DNA of 64,000 nucleotides, taken from the NCBI GenBank assembly GCA_031835245.2, contig JAVKOQ020000044.1, positions 62,001 through 126,000 of the forward strand, written 5' to 3'. Shown one piece after another: positions 13,104 to 26,353 of the stretch (within the stretch, counting starts at the first letter, position 1; the number at the start of each line of letters is the position of its first letter). The notes beneath the pieces were generated by a model that was given only the letters and a program-made list of their open reading frames with translations, was not told the DNA's origin and searched no databases. The position numbers were made by a program, and so were the translations under genes. The stretch is from Balamuthia mandrillaris (taxonomy: Eukaryota).

Positions 13104-13497
13104 CCCCCCGAGTTCAGGTTTCAACACAACAACAAACTGTAGAGGAGAGCTAGAATGGATAGAATAGATAAACACAGGGATGTTCCACAACACAAGGCCA
13201 AGGACATGCAGCCAACTAACGGGCAGAGATACATCAGGGGATTATCGCCGATATTTTCCAAAAAAATACACCGTTTTTGCTATTGGTGGAATAAAATTAA
13301 AATGAATGAATAATTATCAACTATTTAATTAATTATAGACTATTGTCGATTCAGCGAATAGACGAATTGAATTTACCGCAACGTAATGCTAACAGGCGAC
13401 CAGTCGGGAGGCTGCTGGTTGTCGCGTTAGCGCCATGCAAAAGTGAGAGTCTTTTCGTGTGAACAAGGAAAACATTGTTTGCGCATGTGTTTAAATG

Positions 13498-16045
13498 TTA
13501 TTTCTGATCGCGTACAGTAAGGGCTCGCTTCTTTGCTTCCATTTTAGGCTTTGGCGTCTTTTGCGGAACGGATTCTCCTCCTCCTCCTCCCCTTCTGGCC
13601 TCTTCTTCTTCTTCTGAGCCATCCTCTTCGCTGCTGCTGTTGTTGTTGGGGTGTTGAGCGCGGGCCACTCTTGTTGGCTCTTTTCTGACTAAGCTAAAAC
13701 TTTCTGCGCTATGAAGATCTATCTGCTCGTTCATATCGTCTATCTGTCGCTCCTCCTCCTCTATAGCACTCTCTATATCCGCCAAAAGATCGCTCTGGTT
13801 GTTGTTGCCCTTCTTCATGACATAATTGTGGACGTTCTTCTTCTCGCCTAACGCTCCATCGCTGACGTACTTTTTTCGCTTCTCCGCTTTGTTGTTGCCG
13901 TTCGATGGTCGTTCTTCTCCTTCACCTTCTTCATCCTTTTGGAGTTGATGTTCACTTCCGCCAACACTCCACCGTTGTTCCTTCTGTCGAGAGGAAGAAG
14001 CAGAAGCATTCTTTTTCGAGCCGGTCTTCTTGTCCTTTATGACACTCTTCTTCTTTTTCTCAAGCATGGTCATCGTTTTTGCTCTTTGTATGTTGTTTGT
14101 TTCTTTAGCGGTTTGTTGTTGAGAAGTATTGTTGCTCCTTATGGACTTGTTAATGGCTTTCAACTTGCTTATCAACCCACTTCCCGCCCGTTTCAATGCT
14201 GGGGTGGCCGAAGAAGCAGAAGAAGATGATGAAGCGACAGAGGATTTCGTTTGTTGTTGCAGCCCAGAAGCAGCTGACGAAGACTTTCCAGAAGCAGCCA
14301 AAGGAGGCGAAGTCACCGCACGGGATGTTCGACTCATGTTTTGTGTTTCCGGTTGTTGTTCGACGTTCTGTTTGTGACGTTCTTTTCTCTTCTTTAATTT
14401 GCTTCGTGGTTTTGTTGCATCGGAGGAAGCAACAGAAGGTTCATTCTCTTCTTGCCTTCTCTTTCTTGCATCTGCTTCTTCGTTGTTTTCATCATCATCG
14501 TCCGTAAGGTACAAGTCCTTATTCATTCTGTGGTGAGAAAGTGGATCCGTTTCGCTTTTGCTGCAATGAAAGTCTTTAAAACTGGTGAAGCTGCGACTTC
14601 TTCTTTGTAAACGCTTTCTCTCGTGAAGGGTTTTACGATCAACATTCTGTTCCTCCTCTAGTTCTTCCTCCGTTTTCGCTCGTTGCGTTTTTGGTTTTGG
14701 AACCAACGAAGCTGGTGGAGGAGATAACGTCCTTTTCAAGAGAGCATGTAAAGAAGACCTGGAAGGAGCTCTTCCTCTTTGTTGTTCTTCCTCGTTTTCT
14801 ATTTCTCCTTTTTCTGCTGTTTCACCTTTCTCTTCTTGTTGTTTGATGTTGTTGCTCGTTGCGTCGACTACATTCTCCTGAGAACCGGTTGAGTGAAGCA
14901 GCTGCCAAGGCGCGTCTTGTCCCCAACTCCTTCGTTCTCGCATTCGTTTGTTGTGTTCTCTGAGTCTTGGTCGCCATTTGGCATCTCCCTTCGGGGATAT
15001 CAGCGCCTCGCTCTCGCTCTCTGCCTCCGCCACTAGTTGGTCATCTCTCTCGTTTTGGTCCTCTTTGCCTTCTTCTCCTTCGGTTCCTTCTTCTTTTGCC
15101 GCTTTATCCGCTGCCGCTCGTCTTCCTCCCATTCGTTGTTCTCTGTGAAGTCTGTGCTGTAAAGGAGAGAGAGGAGCAGTTGGTGCAGAGAAGGACCAGT
15201 TACCAGGTGCCTGTTGCTCTGACGCCGCCAAGTCTTCTTTACTATTATTGTTGCTTTGCTGTTGTTGTTCTTCTTCGTAACGTAATGCCAAAGAACGTTT
15301 GTAAAAGTCTACCCGTCGTTGCGTTACCTGTTTCTTTATGTCTGATAGTTCTTTGTGTCGGTTCTCTATCTCCTGTTTGACGGCGCTGAGGTCTTTCACC
15401 CATTCTTGCCGAATGGCGTCAGAGGGAGCATAGAGTTCCACCACCCTCTCTCCTTTCAGTGCATAGAGAGCAAAGCCAAAACCTAGTTCTGTTTTTTGTT
15501 CCGGTTTCTAAATGAGAAGGGATAAATGAAAGAGAGAGAGAGAGAGAGAGAACGAAACAACGAAAGAGAACTGGCGAGGAGAAGGAGAGAACATAAAGAA
15601 AAGAGACAGAGAAAGAAAGAGGAGAAGATGACGTACTTGGGTCATCAGGAAGATTTTCGGGAGTGAGGGTGTGCAGAGTGTACATGTTTTGAAACTTGTA
15701 TGCAGTGGTTGAGTCTTTGGTCTTTTTGGGAGGGCTGGCCTCCACCAGCAGGTCGTTGAACAGGAACAACACTCTTCGCACCGGTTGACGTTTCTTCTTT
15801 TTTTGTTTTTCAAGGTTCCAAACGTTCAACATTCCTTCTTTCACAAACTTTCGCGAAGGTCTTGCTAAGTTCTGGTTGTGTAAAGAGAGTTAGAGAGAGA
15901 AAGAGAGAACGCAAGAACAGAAAGCGAACCTCGAACTTGCCAAACAGTTTGCTTTGAATCTCAAGCACTTTGGTTATGTTCTCCGCTTCGGTGGACTTTT
16001 TCTCAACGTACTCTGCCACTTCTGTGATTTGTACAGAGGCCTTTT

Positions 16046-16090
<45 letters not shown>

Positions 16091-17042
16091 CAAAAGCAGA
16101 AAGGAGAAAGCCAATAGGAGAGACAACACACGTACCGCGAGTAAGGAAGAATAGTCCTTATGATCCTTTTCAGTGTGCTTCAGCAAATCTTTGAGCAACA
16201 GCCGATAGCGAGGAATGCGTTGTACGGGTTGAATGAGGAAAGACGCCAAGTCTTTCCCTCCAACCTTTGGTTGACGGCAACACTCCTGTTGTTTGGTTCA
16301 GAAAACAAAAAATAGGATAAGTTCAGAGAAGAAGTAAGAAAAGAATAGAAGAGAAGTGAAAGAAAGAAAACAACCTCCAGAAAGTCCCGCAACGCTAGAG
16401 AACTCTTCTTCATTTCGGTGATCTCTTCCATGGCTTTGTGATACTTGCTGACATATCTATCGACCAGAGTTTTAGCAAAGATAGGGAAGAAGGAGAATGC
16501 AAGGAGAGAGAAACCACAAATAACAAAAAGAAAGAATGTTAAACGTACTGCGTGTATGCTTTCAGGAAAAAGCCCTGTTATCAACCAGGTATAAGTGGAG
16601 CAGCGAAAAAGAGACATGTGAATTAGAGCAGAGAATGTAGAATAGAACATAGAATGGAGAAGATAACGTACAACGCGGACAAAGATATCGCCCAATTGTT
16701 GGTTAGGAGTCCAGTTAAGGACACGAGGGCCTAACGACTCCAACAACTCCTGGTTGTAGTTTCGTATTACGTTCAAGTCAGCAAGCAACGCTTTGAAGTT
16801 CTTCGCTTCATCCAATCGAGCCCTCAATGGCTTGAGAAATACCTATTCGAAGAAGAAGAACAAGAGCATGATGAGTGGCAATGAAATGGATGAAGGAGGA
16901 AATGACGAACGTCAAAGACAAGGTTAAGGTTGTTGACATAGTCCTCTTCTGTTTTGAGTATCTCGCGAGCGACATTCTCTCTATAGGCAGCATTTCGTAC
17001 TGTCTCCGAAATGTGAGAAATCGATATAGAAACGAAGATAAG

Positions 17043-17084
<42 letters not shown>

Positions 17085-18139
17085 TGAGTGAGACAGCTTC
17101 AAACCTTTAAGACGATACATCGCACGAACTTTGGAACCTCTACAGTAAGCTTGCAACCGCGTTATCCCCTTGATAAAGATTTCTTTCTCTGCCGATGGAT
17201 ATGGAGTAAGCATGCAACCAAACAATCTGTAAAACAAACAAACCTTTTTCATCCAAAGACAACACAGAAAACGCGTTATCTGTCTTTGTTTTTCTCTTTC
17301 TTCTGCTTCCTTTCTTTCGCCCCGTTTCTCTGCGTTTCTCTTTGGATGAAAGCTCCACCTCCGCTGCTGTCGATACCTCTTCGCTTTGGTCTGTGTCATT
17401 TTTTGTCGCACCTTCCTCTTCTGCCTTCCGCTCAACATTGGACTCTTCTACCACTCCTTGGTCGTGTTTTGTTACTGTGAACTCTGCTCCTGCCTCTTCT
17501 TGTTCGCGTTCTTGTGTTTGCTTCGAGTCGTTGGTAGCTACTTCTTTGTCGCTGTTTATAGCTGACTCGGGCGATAATTGTTCCAACCTTTGAGGTGGAA
17601 TCGCGTCTTGTTGTAACGTCTGTTTTCCTTCTTCTTTCTCCTCTTTTTGAATCGTAGAGAGCTCTTCGTTCATCGTTTTGCTTTGTCTCCAAAGAACGCT
17701 CGTTCTCCTGTTTATAACAGCAGTGTAAGCAAAGCAAGAACAAAAATGCAACGAAAGGAAAGCAGAGAGACGAAAGCAACCTGTTAGGGAGACAAAGACT
17801 GAGAACAGCAGAAGCTCGCTTCAGGTCCGCTTCCTCGAAGGACAGAGACTGGACTTGCAGTCGCTTCTCCTCCTCAGCCCGCATCTCTTGTGGCGAGAGA
17901 AGCCGAGTCTTACATCCGAATTCCAAGACTGCTGTATCTGCCAACACTTCCAACGTTGTTCTTTGGTTGGTTGGTTGGTTGTTGTTTCGTTTATTTTTTA
18001 ACCAGAAAGAAGCAGCAGGAAGAAGAAGAAGAAGAAGAAGAAGAAGAAGAAGAAGAAGAAGAAGAAGAAGAAGAAGAAGAAGAAGAAGAAGAAGAAGAAG
18101 AAGAAGAAGAAGAAAGAAGAAGAAGAAGAAGAAGAAGAA

Positions 18140-18171
<32 letters not shown>

Positions 18172-18686
18172 ACAAGAAGAACAAGAAGAACAAGAAGCAG
18201 AAGCAAAAGAAGCAAGAAGAAAGAAGAAAGAAGAAGAAGCAGAAGTACAAGGACAAGAAGAAGCAAAGAAGAGAGGAGAAAGAAGTAAACTACAGATAAA
18301 ACGTACAACACTTTGAGAAAGTTGTTGGACTCATACAAGTCTCCGATAGCAAACAGGTCATGAGACGGAAAGTGAAGTTCGTGTTGTAATGCCTGAAGAA
18401 AGAACATGATGTTTTCTCTCTGCTTGAATCCAGGCGCTCCTTTGGGATGGACTCGTGGAATGGAGCCTTCTTTCAACTTGAGCATCGTGTGACAGAGAAT
18501 GGTTCCATCTTTGAGGAGAGTCTGAAGAGGAGTTTGTGAAGAAGAAAGCAATGCGAGGTCCTTGCAGCTGTCTTGCAGAACTTCTGTCAACCATTTCTTC
18601 AAGGCGAGTTCGCGGAGGAGGTAGTTGGAGACGGACAAAGAGGAAGAGAGAGAAGACGAGCCACGAACAGCTCCTCTCCTACTCAT
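13498..18686 (-). CDS. RhoGEF with CH, IQ, DH and PH domains and a long disordered tail
   Basis: CH LKDGTILC..RENIMFFL..DLYE. IQ ITRLQAYCRGSKVR. DH EILKTEEDYV..LIQPVQRIPRY. PH KEG..RVLFLFNDLL..EWVKDL. Multi-exon. Confidence 0.85.
18019..18290. repeat. (AAG/CTT)n microsatellite in a RhoGEF intron
   Basis: Direct reading; about 270 bp, degenerating at one end. Confidence 0.95.
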
Positions 18687-18809
18687 CTTTTTTTTTTGAG
18701 TTGAGTTTCGTGTTTTGTTGTCGGGAAGAGAGAAATTATTGTAATGCATTACCGCTTCTGCACGATGGGTGCTCCATTTGTGCTGGGATCCCAGCTCACT
18801 CCTATCCTG

Positions 18810-18940
18810 GCTCTTGTCCTCTCCCATATCCTCTCTCCTAACTAGTCTCCTCTCTTCCACCCTTCGCTCTTGTCCTCTCCCATATCCTCTCTCCTCTCTT
18901 CCACCCTTCGCTCTTGTCCTCTCCCATATCCGCTCTCCTA
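18810..18940. repeat. Three copies of CTCTTGTCCTCTCCCATATCC (44-56 bp spacing) minisatellite
   Basis: Copies start at 18811, 18867 and 18911, between the eIF3k 3' end and the RhoGEF start. Confidence 0.85.
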
Positions 18941-19146
18941 GCTTGTCCCCTCGCTTCCTCCCTTCGCTAGCTCGTGTGCTCTCCTCGCTCTTATGCTCGC
19001 ACACGCTCTTCACTCCTGTCTCTTTTCTTTGTTGCTCTCTCTTCTTTCTTTTTGCTTCTTTCTTTCTGTTTTTAAACATAAAAAAAATTGTTTCATTCTT
19101 CGCTTTCTCTATGTTTTGTTACTTATGAGCAACACGCTAAACTCTC

Positions 19147-19815
19147 TCACTTGGTAGGATGCCTGGCAGAGAGGTTGGCGAGGATCTTTGTCATTTGCTG
19201 CATCTCGATGTTCTCGTTGATCTTCTTCTGTTTGGCCTGGTTGAACTCGGTGAGGGGCAACGCCACGTGGTCCCCTTGGTTCTGCCATGAGCTGTGTTTG
19301 TTGATAAAGTCGTCCAGGGAAGAGCCATCCAGGCGCAACACCTCCTGCAAGAGCTGCTTGGACACGGTTTGATAGGCCAATCCCAAGAGGTGTGCTATGA
19401 CTGTTGTGATAGTTGTGGGTTAAGTGAGAAACATAAAATAGAGAAAGCGAATAAAGAAGTGGCGAAAAGGAGAGGAGAAAGAAGAAAAGAAGCGCCAAGA
19501 AATGACAAAGAAAGAAAAGAAAAGAACAAACAGTGACTATACTACGTACACTCACGAATGGCTGCAGAGAAACCAGGAATGGGCTGCAGCAAAGCGTTTC
19601 CTTCCTCCTCTTCCGTCAACGCCCAAAACTTGCTGAACTTGGCCGTCTCCAAGTTCTTCCACAACCTCTTCAAAAGGACGACTTGTTGCTCCTCCACTTG
19701 AAGCTGTTTGCACGTTTCAAGAAAAAAGATTAGAACGCAAATAAAAATAAAAACGAGAGAGAGAGAGAGAGAGAGAGAGCGCGCGCGCGTGGGGACAAGA
19801 AATGAGAGCACGTTG

Positions 19816-19855
<40 letters not shown>

Positions 19856-20294
19856 AGAAGCGGAGAAGCGAAGCAGGAGAAAGAACGAGAGAAGGGTTAC
19901 AGAAGAGAGCGCGGAAAGAAGCAAAAAGTTTTAAAGCAAAAATGAAGAGAGGGCAGCAAAGTCAAAAAATCACATCAGATGAAACGAGAAGCAGAGCTAA
20001 AATCACTTGAAAATACAAATGATTACAAGTATTTACCTGCAGGGGGACCATGTAGAGGCATGTGGTGAAGTCCGGGTGGGGCAAGTTCATGAGGGCCTTG
20101 ATCAGGACCTTCACGATGCAGGTCGCTTTGGACTCCTTGGAGTTAAACTGGTAGAGCTTCAACAGGGCGAGGTTGGCGTCCAGGTCGTAGCCGTTGTTCT
20201 TGATCTGGGCGTCCAGATGCACTTCAAGCTCTGGGATGATGGAAGCGTCGTGTCGCTTCTCTTTCAACAGCGTTGCGATTTTGTCGGATTCCAT
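19147..20294 (-). CDS. EIF3K: Eukaryotic translation initiation factor 3 subunit K
   Basis: YDLDANLALLKLYQFN..LIKALMNLPHPDFTTCLYM is the eIF3k signature. Three exons. Confidence 0.9.
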
Positions 20295-20715
20295 TTTTTT
20301 GTGTGAAGAGAGAGAGAAAAAGCGAAAAAAAAAAGAATGATCAAAAGGGGGGCAAAGGGAGCAGCAACAAGCAGAGGATGAGAGAGAGAGTTTCACTTCT
20401 CCTTCAAATCTTTCTTTTCCGACTTTCTTCCTCTGTCGACAACAAACATAACTTGAGGAGTAGTTTCCGTTTTATTAATAATGTCGCAGAATATCGGGTT
20501 CGAACCGACGACATGTCGGCAGAATTTATCAAAATTAAAGTGTGACGGACTGGTGTCGAACGTACGATTTGATCGATCGAAACTTCCAGGAATCAGAAAA
20601 TGGTGAAGTGACGTCACCCTGATCGGAAAGAAAAAAAAAGCAAAAAAAAAAAATAAAACAAAAAAAAGACGAAAAAGAAAGAAAGAGCACAGCACCCCAA
20701 CCAAACACACACGAC

Positions 20716-21256
20716 ATGTCCATCTCGGGAGTGGTTCGCCTGGGACGCAGCGCGGTGGGCGGAGCAGCCAACAACAACAAAGGACCGCGCTCCGTGCTGA
20801 CCTTCACCGACGCCGCCGTCCAACGGCTCAAGGAGATCTGCGCCAAACGGGACCCTCCCGTGGCCGGCCTGCGCCTCAGCCTCAAGAAACGGGGTTGCAG
20901 TGGCATGGCCTACACCCTAGACTTTGTACAAGAAAAGCAAAAACACGATGAAGTGGTCGAAGCAGATGGTGCGTCCTAAATCTCCCTTAGTTTTTTTTTT
21001 TGATTTTTTTCGCTCAATGATTTTTTTTAAAAAAACAGGAGTGAGCGTATTTGTGGATCCAAGAGCGTTGATGCACGTTATAGGAACGGAGATGGATTTC
21101 ACGGGGGACCTCCTCCAATCGGGCTTTGTGTTCACCAACCCCAATGCCACCGGCGCCTGCGGCTGCGGCGAATCTTTCTCTGTCAGCAACACCCTCAGCA
21201 AGAACATTGAACTCGAAGACACCCCTTTGAACGGCAAAGAAACATCACGAGCATAA
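20716..21256 (+). CDS. ISCA1: Mitochondrial iron-sulfur cluster assembly protein IscA/Isa1
   Basis: LTFTDAAV..KKRGCSGMAYTL..FVFTNPNATGACGCGESF. One intron at about 20969-21038. Confidence 0.92.
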
Positions 21257-21385
21257 GAAAGAGAAGAGGGAACGACAAAGAAGAAAAAGAGAAAGAAAGA
21301 GAAAGAGTGTAGATACAAAAAAAAAGAGAGAAAAAGAGAAGAAAAGAACGTTATTTATCCCTATTTATCAGTTTTGTTTTGTTGG

Positions 21386-24300
21386 TTAGTCATAGTGAAG
21401 AGGATCGGGGCTGGTATCGACGAGGGCCATCACGCTCTTGTTGATGAGGGCGAGGAAGGCTCGGAGCTCCTGCTTGGAGAAGAGGGAGTAGAACTTGGTG
21501 CTCTCGTCGGCCACTATGTCCGCCAGTCTCGCACTGTTAACACATAAATATTTTTGTTAGTAAATAACTGATTTTGAAAGAAATGGAGATGAGAAATAAA
21601 AGGAGAAGGAGAGATGGAGAGGGAAATAGAGAGAAGGAATAGGAACCTGTCTTGGTACTGTTTCGTCTCGTAAAGAACGTTGTGATAGAGAATGAACAAA
21701 TCGGGAATACAGCGACGTCGAAGTTCTTCCAATTGTCGCTCTGTTTTTTGTTTTGTTTGTAAAATGTCAGCAAGATAGAAAATGAAAGAGAGAATACGAG
21801 GATGAGAGAACCTCTTCTTTCTTCGTGCTGCAGTTCACCTTCAGTCACCTCAACAACTTCATCCAACAACCACCCGTTAGGGAAGAACAGGACCTTGCTC
21901 AACGCTTTGACCACCTGATTGGTGAGCTTCCATACGCTCTCCTCCCATTTGGCGAGAGCTTCCTTGTAGTCCTTCATCCGCCGAGAGAAGAGGATCTGTT
22001 GCGAGGCGTCATCGCTGAGCGGTGGCGCAGGGGCCTGCGGTTGCTTGCGGAAGACGCTGGCCCAGTCCTGGTAGGCTTGTTGGCTACTAAGATAATCGTT
22101 CAATGCCATGTGCTCCTTCACGGCGTTCAATTCTTCTGCTGGTCTCTGTGTTGCATAATTGAAAAAAGATGTTGAACACAAGAAAAAAAAAAGGAAGCTC
22201 CCAGATAAAAGAGCAGGTATGAAAAAAAATGAAGCTTCATAAATAATAATACCTCTCCTTCTGTCCATTGCTGAATGACAGCTACAGAGTCACGAGGCAC
22301 AAAGTCCAACAATCTCCGAGCTGATGTGTGTTTACCTTGCACTATGGGAGAAGCACCAAAGAAAGAAAGCCAGTCAGTGAAGCTGACACATGATAATCAC
22401 CCTAAAATTTTACGTACATAAAAACTTTCGAGCCAAGCTATTGCTCTGGATGAGAGCTTCGGCTCGTTGCTGTGGATCAAACGTCAGCCACTCGATCGCT
22501 CTTATCTTGTTTTCATCCTCCGCAGTTATTTGGTTTGCAGCAGAGGCAGAAGAAATCTCTTCCTTCTCCTCTTCTTCAAGCGAAGAGGTTTGTATGATGT
22601 GCACCACCCGTTTAGTGATTTGATTGGTGTTCAAGCCGGCCGATTCTGCCAAAGCCAGGTATCTCTCCCGTTGAGCTCTGTTCTCGGGGGCGGAGGATAG
22701 ACCAGCCAGGAAGTGCGCGTAGGTCTCCACTTGTTGGTCTACAGAAGGCAATAACGATGTGTAGAGGGCGATGTGGGCAAACTGAAGATAGAAAAAGAAA
22801 CAGGAGGGAGAAAATCAACCAAATAATAACAAGAGAAAACAAGAAACAAAGGAAAGAACAGATACAAAAGTCAATATATACACAATGGAGAAAAACATGC
22901 ACAAGAAAAAAGTGAGAATAAGGTACCTGATCCGTTGAAACAAGATGCTTGATGTAAGTTTGAAGGATGGCTTCAGCATGAGAGCCCTCTTCAATCCTGA
23001 GTGCCTTACTCGTTGGAGTGGCGGGTGTTGCGTCTGTTAGCAACATTCTCTCCTCCTCTCGTTCATCTTGCTCGGCTTGCTCCTTCCATGACAGTTTGGG
23101 AAGGAGCAAATCGCTAAATCCATGAAGGAAATGGAAGAATATCGCCACGTGGGCCGCAAAACGTAACAGTTGCGGAGGACAGGGCCTGTACAAGATTTGT
23201 CACTTCCTACAATAACATAAAGCAACAATAGAAAACAAATAACAAATCGAAAACGAAAAAAACAACCAAGGAAAAGATAGAAGAAAAGAGGATTGCCATT
23301 ATGTCAACAAACCTTCCTTCTTCTGTCCACTGAACCCACTCAGCGAGTTTTTCAAGCAATTCCTCAGGTTTGTCCAATATCACAAGAGTTTGAGTGATGT
23401 GATGAGGATCGTTAACCTGGCGTCTAACCTCAGGGTTATCTGACTTTAGAAGCTTCTCAAAGATTTGCACGTTACTCATGAGGAGGGATTTGGCATAGGC
23501 TGCAACTGGGGGTTTTGCCTCTGAATGTATTGTTGTCCTTTTCAACATGTCGTTTTGTTTCAACTCCTGAAACCAACATAAGAAAGCAGAGAGTAAAAAT
23601 ACGGCTTAAAAGTTACAATTGTCACAGAAGGTTAGTAAAAAAGAGCACGTACAAGATCAATGGAGGCATCGAGCTTGGCTTTGGAGTATACCCAAAGATG
23701 GTCTTCCCAACTGGCACATACAGGTAATACTTGAGGAATGTTGCCGCACAGAATGGCATAAATGGCTTTCTCGTAGGAATTAAGTTCCTCCTAGTAACGG
23801 CAAAAAAATCATCAATTAAAAAAAAACCGTCTCCTTATTCGTTCTTGTGTTTCTTCTTCATTTTCTTCTTGTTGAAGTTTCTTGTTACCTGATTAGAGAG
23901 CTGATAGCAAGCAAGTTTCCACAACGCTCGAAAGGGGTTGCCTTCCAGCAGCACATTACCTCGTTCATCCTCGCTTTCATCTCCTGCTACCAGAGCAGCA
24001 TCATGACATAACTGACCGCCTCCAATAGAAGCCGCTCGCCAAGGCTGTCCACAATCTCGACATAACTGTTGAGCCTCTTCCATTCGTCCTGCTCGTATGA
24101 GCTGCCACAGGGCGATGAACATTCTTTCTTCGGCGTCCTTATCGTCCTCATGGATTGTTTTGTGTTCTCTGGTGGGTGCATCTGGATCCAAGTTTGATAC
24201 CAAACGGTTGTCTTTGTCCCTGTTTCGTTTTGTAGAGGGGAGACGACTATTGCCACCAAACAAAGAAAGATAGGCCGTATCGTCCGTGTTTTCTCCATTT

Positions 24301-26034
24301 GAAGATGAAGGGAGAGTACGTTGTGTATTTTTCCAGGAAGCATCTATGCGGAACAGAGAGCGAGAGCTAGTGCTTGCCATATCTGCCATCGCTTCCAACC
24401 AACTTACCACCAATCGCGTTTCTCGAAGAGAATGACGTTCGTTCAGCAACTTTCCTGCAATCTGTTTCTCGGAGGACAACGCTCCAGGCTCCTCCGACGG
24501 TTTGTCAAATAGCAACTCTTCTTGTTCATCGTTGCCTTCATCCTTGCTCCCTTCGAAGTAGCTGTCCTGCTCCTCTTCTGAAATAGAAGGACGACGAGCA
24601 CGACGATGCTTTCCTAACACACGATCCTCGTAGAGGATACTAAACAGCTTCCAAGTACTCCGTTCTCCTTGCAACAGGGAGAGCATCTGCTGGTAGCGGA
24701 CCTTTTGCAAGGAAGAGGTAGGGAACGTGTACTCCCTTTCTAGCTGCTCCTCCACCTTCTGCATTTGTCGCTGGCAAAGCTGATGGAACTTGTCCAAAAG
24801 GGAGAAGAGCTCTCGCATGCTGCCATGTGCTGTGACATAGTCCTGCCCTTCCTCCGCTGCTTCTTGAGCGAGTCTTCTGATGGGCCATCGCTGCAAAGTG
24901 GAGTCCAATGCATTGGCAAAGTCGTTGTTCTCCTTTGCAACAAAGTCTTGTAGCGTTGCTGTTGTGGTAGTGGCAACTGCAAAGGAGTTGCTTTCGTTTG
25001 CCGTTGTGAAGGAAGAGCGGTGAAAGGAGGGGAGTGGTTGTTGAAGGCGTTCTTTCATGGGAGTAACTGGGGGAACGAAAGTGCTTAGCCGTGGAGCTCC
25101 TACTGTATTTTTCCACAACGGCGAGGACAATGATGGTGTAGGCGAATGAAAACTTTTGTTGCCGATGATCGGGTTAAAGTCTTCTCCTTCGCTCACTGTT
25201 TCGTTCTCTGCTCCTTCGTCTTCTTCTTCCGGTTGATAAGAGAGAGTGGTAGGAGGTCGGAAGAAAGAAGAGGACGCAAAAGAAGGAGAGTATACGTTGG
25301 AGGTGTGTTGAGGAGAATGTTCCTCATTGGTTGCAAGACTCGGATACAGCCGAGTTACCGAGCGTTCTTCTCCGAATCCAGTGTTGAAGCTGTTCTCTGT
25401 TTCCTTTTCTTTTTCTCTCCCCGTTTCTTCTTCTGCTGCTCCTCCTTCTGGATAGAGTGGTCTCTGCAACCCCAAAATCGACGAGAAGGAAGGTGTTGTT
25501 GTTGTTGTTGTTGTTGTCGGTGGAGAGGCTCCTCTTCTTCGTCTCTTCTCACCCGCTGACGAATAATCGCCATAACTGTCTTCCGCATCGCCATCTTCCT
25601 CTCCGCCATGATAAGAGGAAGCAGAGGCAGCAGTGAGCGAAAAGGAGGAAGCAGAGGGAGAACTTGAGGGAAGCACAAGGCCGGGCCGTCGTGGGGTCAG
25701 CTTGGAAGGCCCTCTTCTGCGTGCTGTGGCTACTCCTCTGGCTAACACCGGTCGCACGGAGCGTGGTGCAACAGGACTTGGGGGTGCCCATTGACGAGAA
25801 AACGAAGCGAAGCTAGGAAGAAAGAAGGAGAGCGTGAGTGAAACGCTGATTCTAAATCAAATAAAAAATGAGTAGAGAAAGAAGATGATAACGATTAACG
25901 TACCGATCTGATCCGCCAGTTGTTGTTGCAGGTGAGAAGGACGGAGGGGATGACACTCCCGTCCTTATGGAACCGGTGGAACCGAACCCCAGCGGCGACG
26001 AACGAAAGGCCGCAGCAAATCCATCTCCCTCCAT
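21386..26034 (-). CDS. NUP107: Nuclear pore protein Nup107/Nup84
   Basis: LDPDAPTRE, LWQLIRAGRMEEAQQLCRDCGQPWRAASIGG, GNPFRALWK, IRAIEWL, ALIQSN.LARKFL, C-terminal ADE..KFYSLFSKQELR. Multi-exon. Confidence 0.9.
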
Positions 26035-26075
26035 GATCTGCTTTTCTTCCTTCGCTTTCGTTTTTTCCTTCTCAC

Positions 26076-26236
26076 GTCGACACAGCCTGCTAACTCGTTT
26101 TTTTGTCGACACATTAACTTACCACGTCGACTCGAATATTTAAACTGGAAGTTTTCGCGTCGACACAACCTTCTAATTCTTATCTTCGTACCAGTTCCTA
26201 CGTCGACACGAATATCAAATTTCTGATTTTGTCGAC
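26076..26236. promoter_or_regulatory. Six GTCGAC palindromes in the NUP107/F-BAR divergent promoter
   Basis: Sites at 26076, 26105, 26126, 26159, 26202, 26231. Regulatory role is inferred. Confidence 0.65.
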
Positions 26237-26353
26237 GCATTATTAATTAATATCATTACATGGCTACGTGGGTAACGCAGCCGCGCAACATTTATTTGAA
26301 GAAGCAAAAAAAAAAAAAACAAAAAAAGAGTAGCAAAGAAAAGAGGGAGGGAG

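Noticed and set aside
17432..18299. Poly-L, poly-E and poly-R ORFs
   Set aside because: Frames of the (AAG)n intron repeat.
20483..20515. GGTTCGAACC resembling a tRNA T-loop or B-box
   Set aside because: No cloverleaf, proper T-stem or A-box could be built.
26076..26236. Semi-regular GTCGAC repeats as a CRISPR-like array
   Set aside because: The repeat is only 6-9 bp, spacing is irregular, the context is eukaryotic and there are no cas genes.
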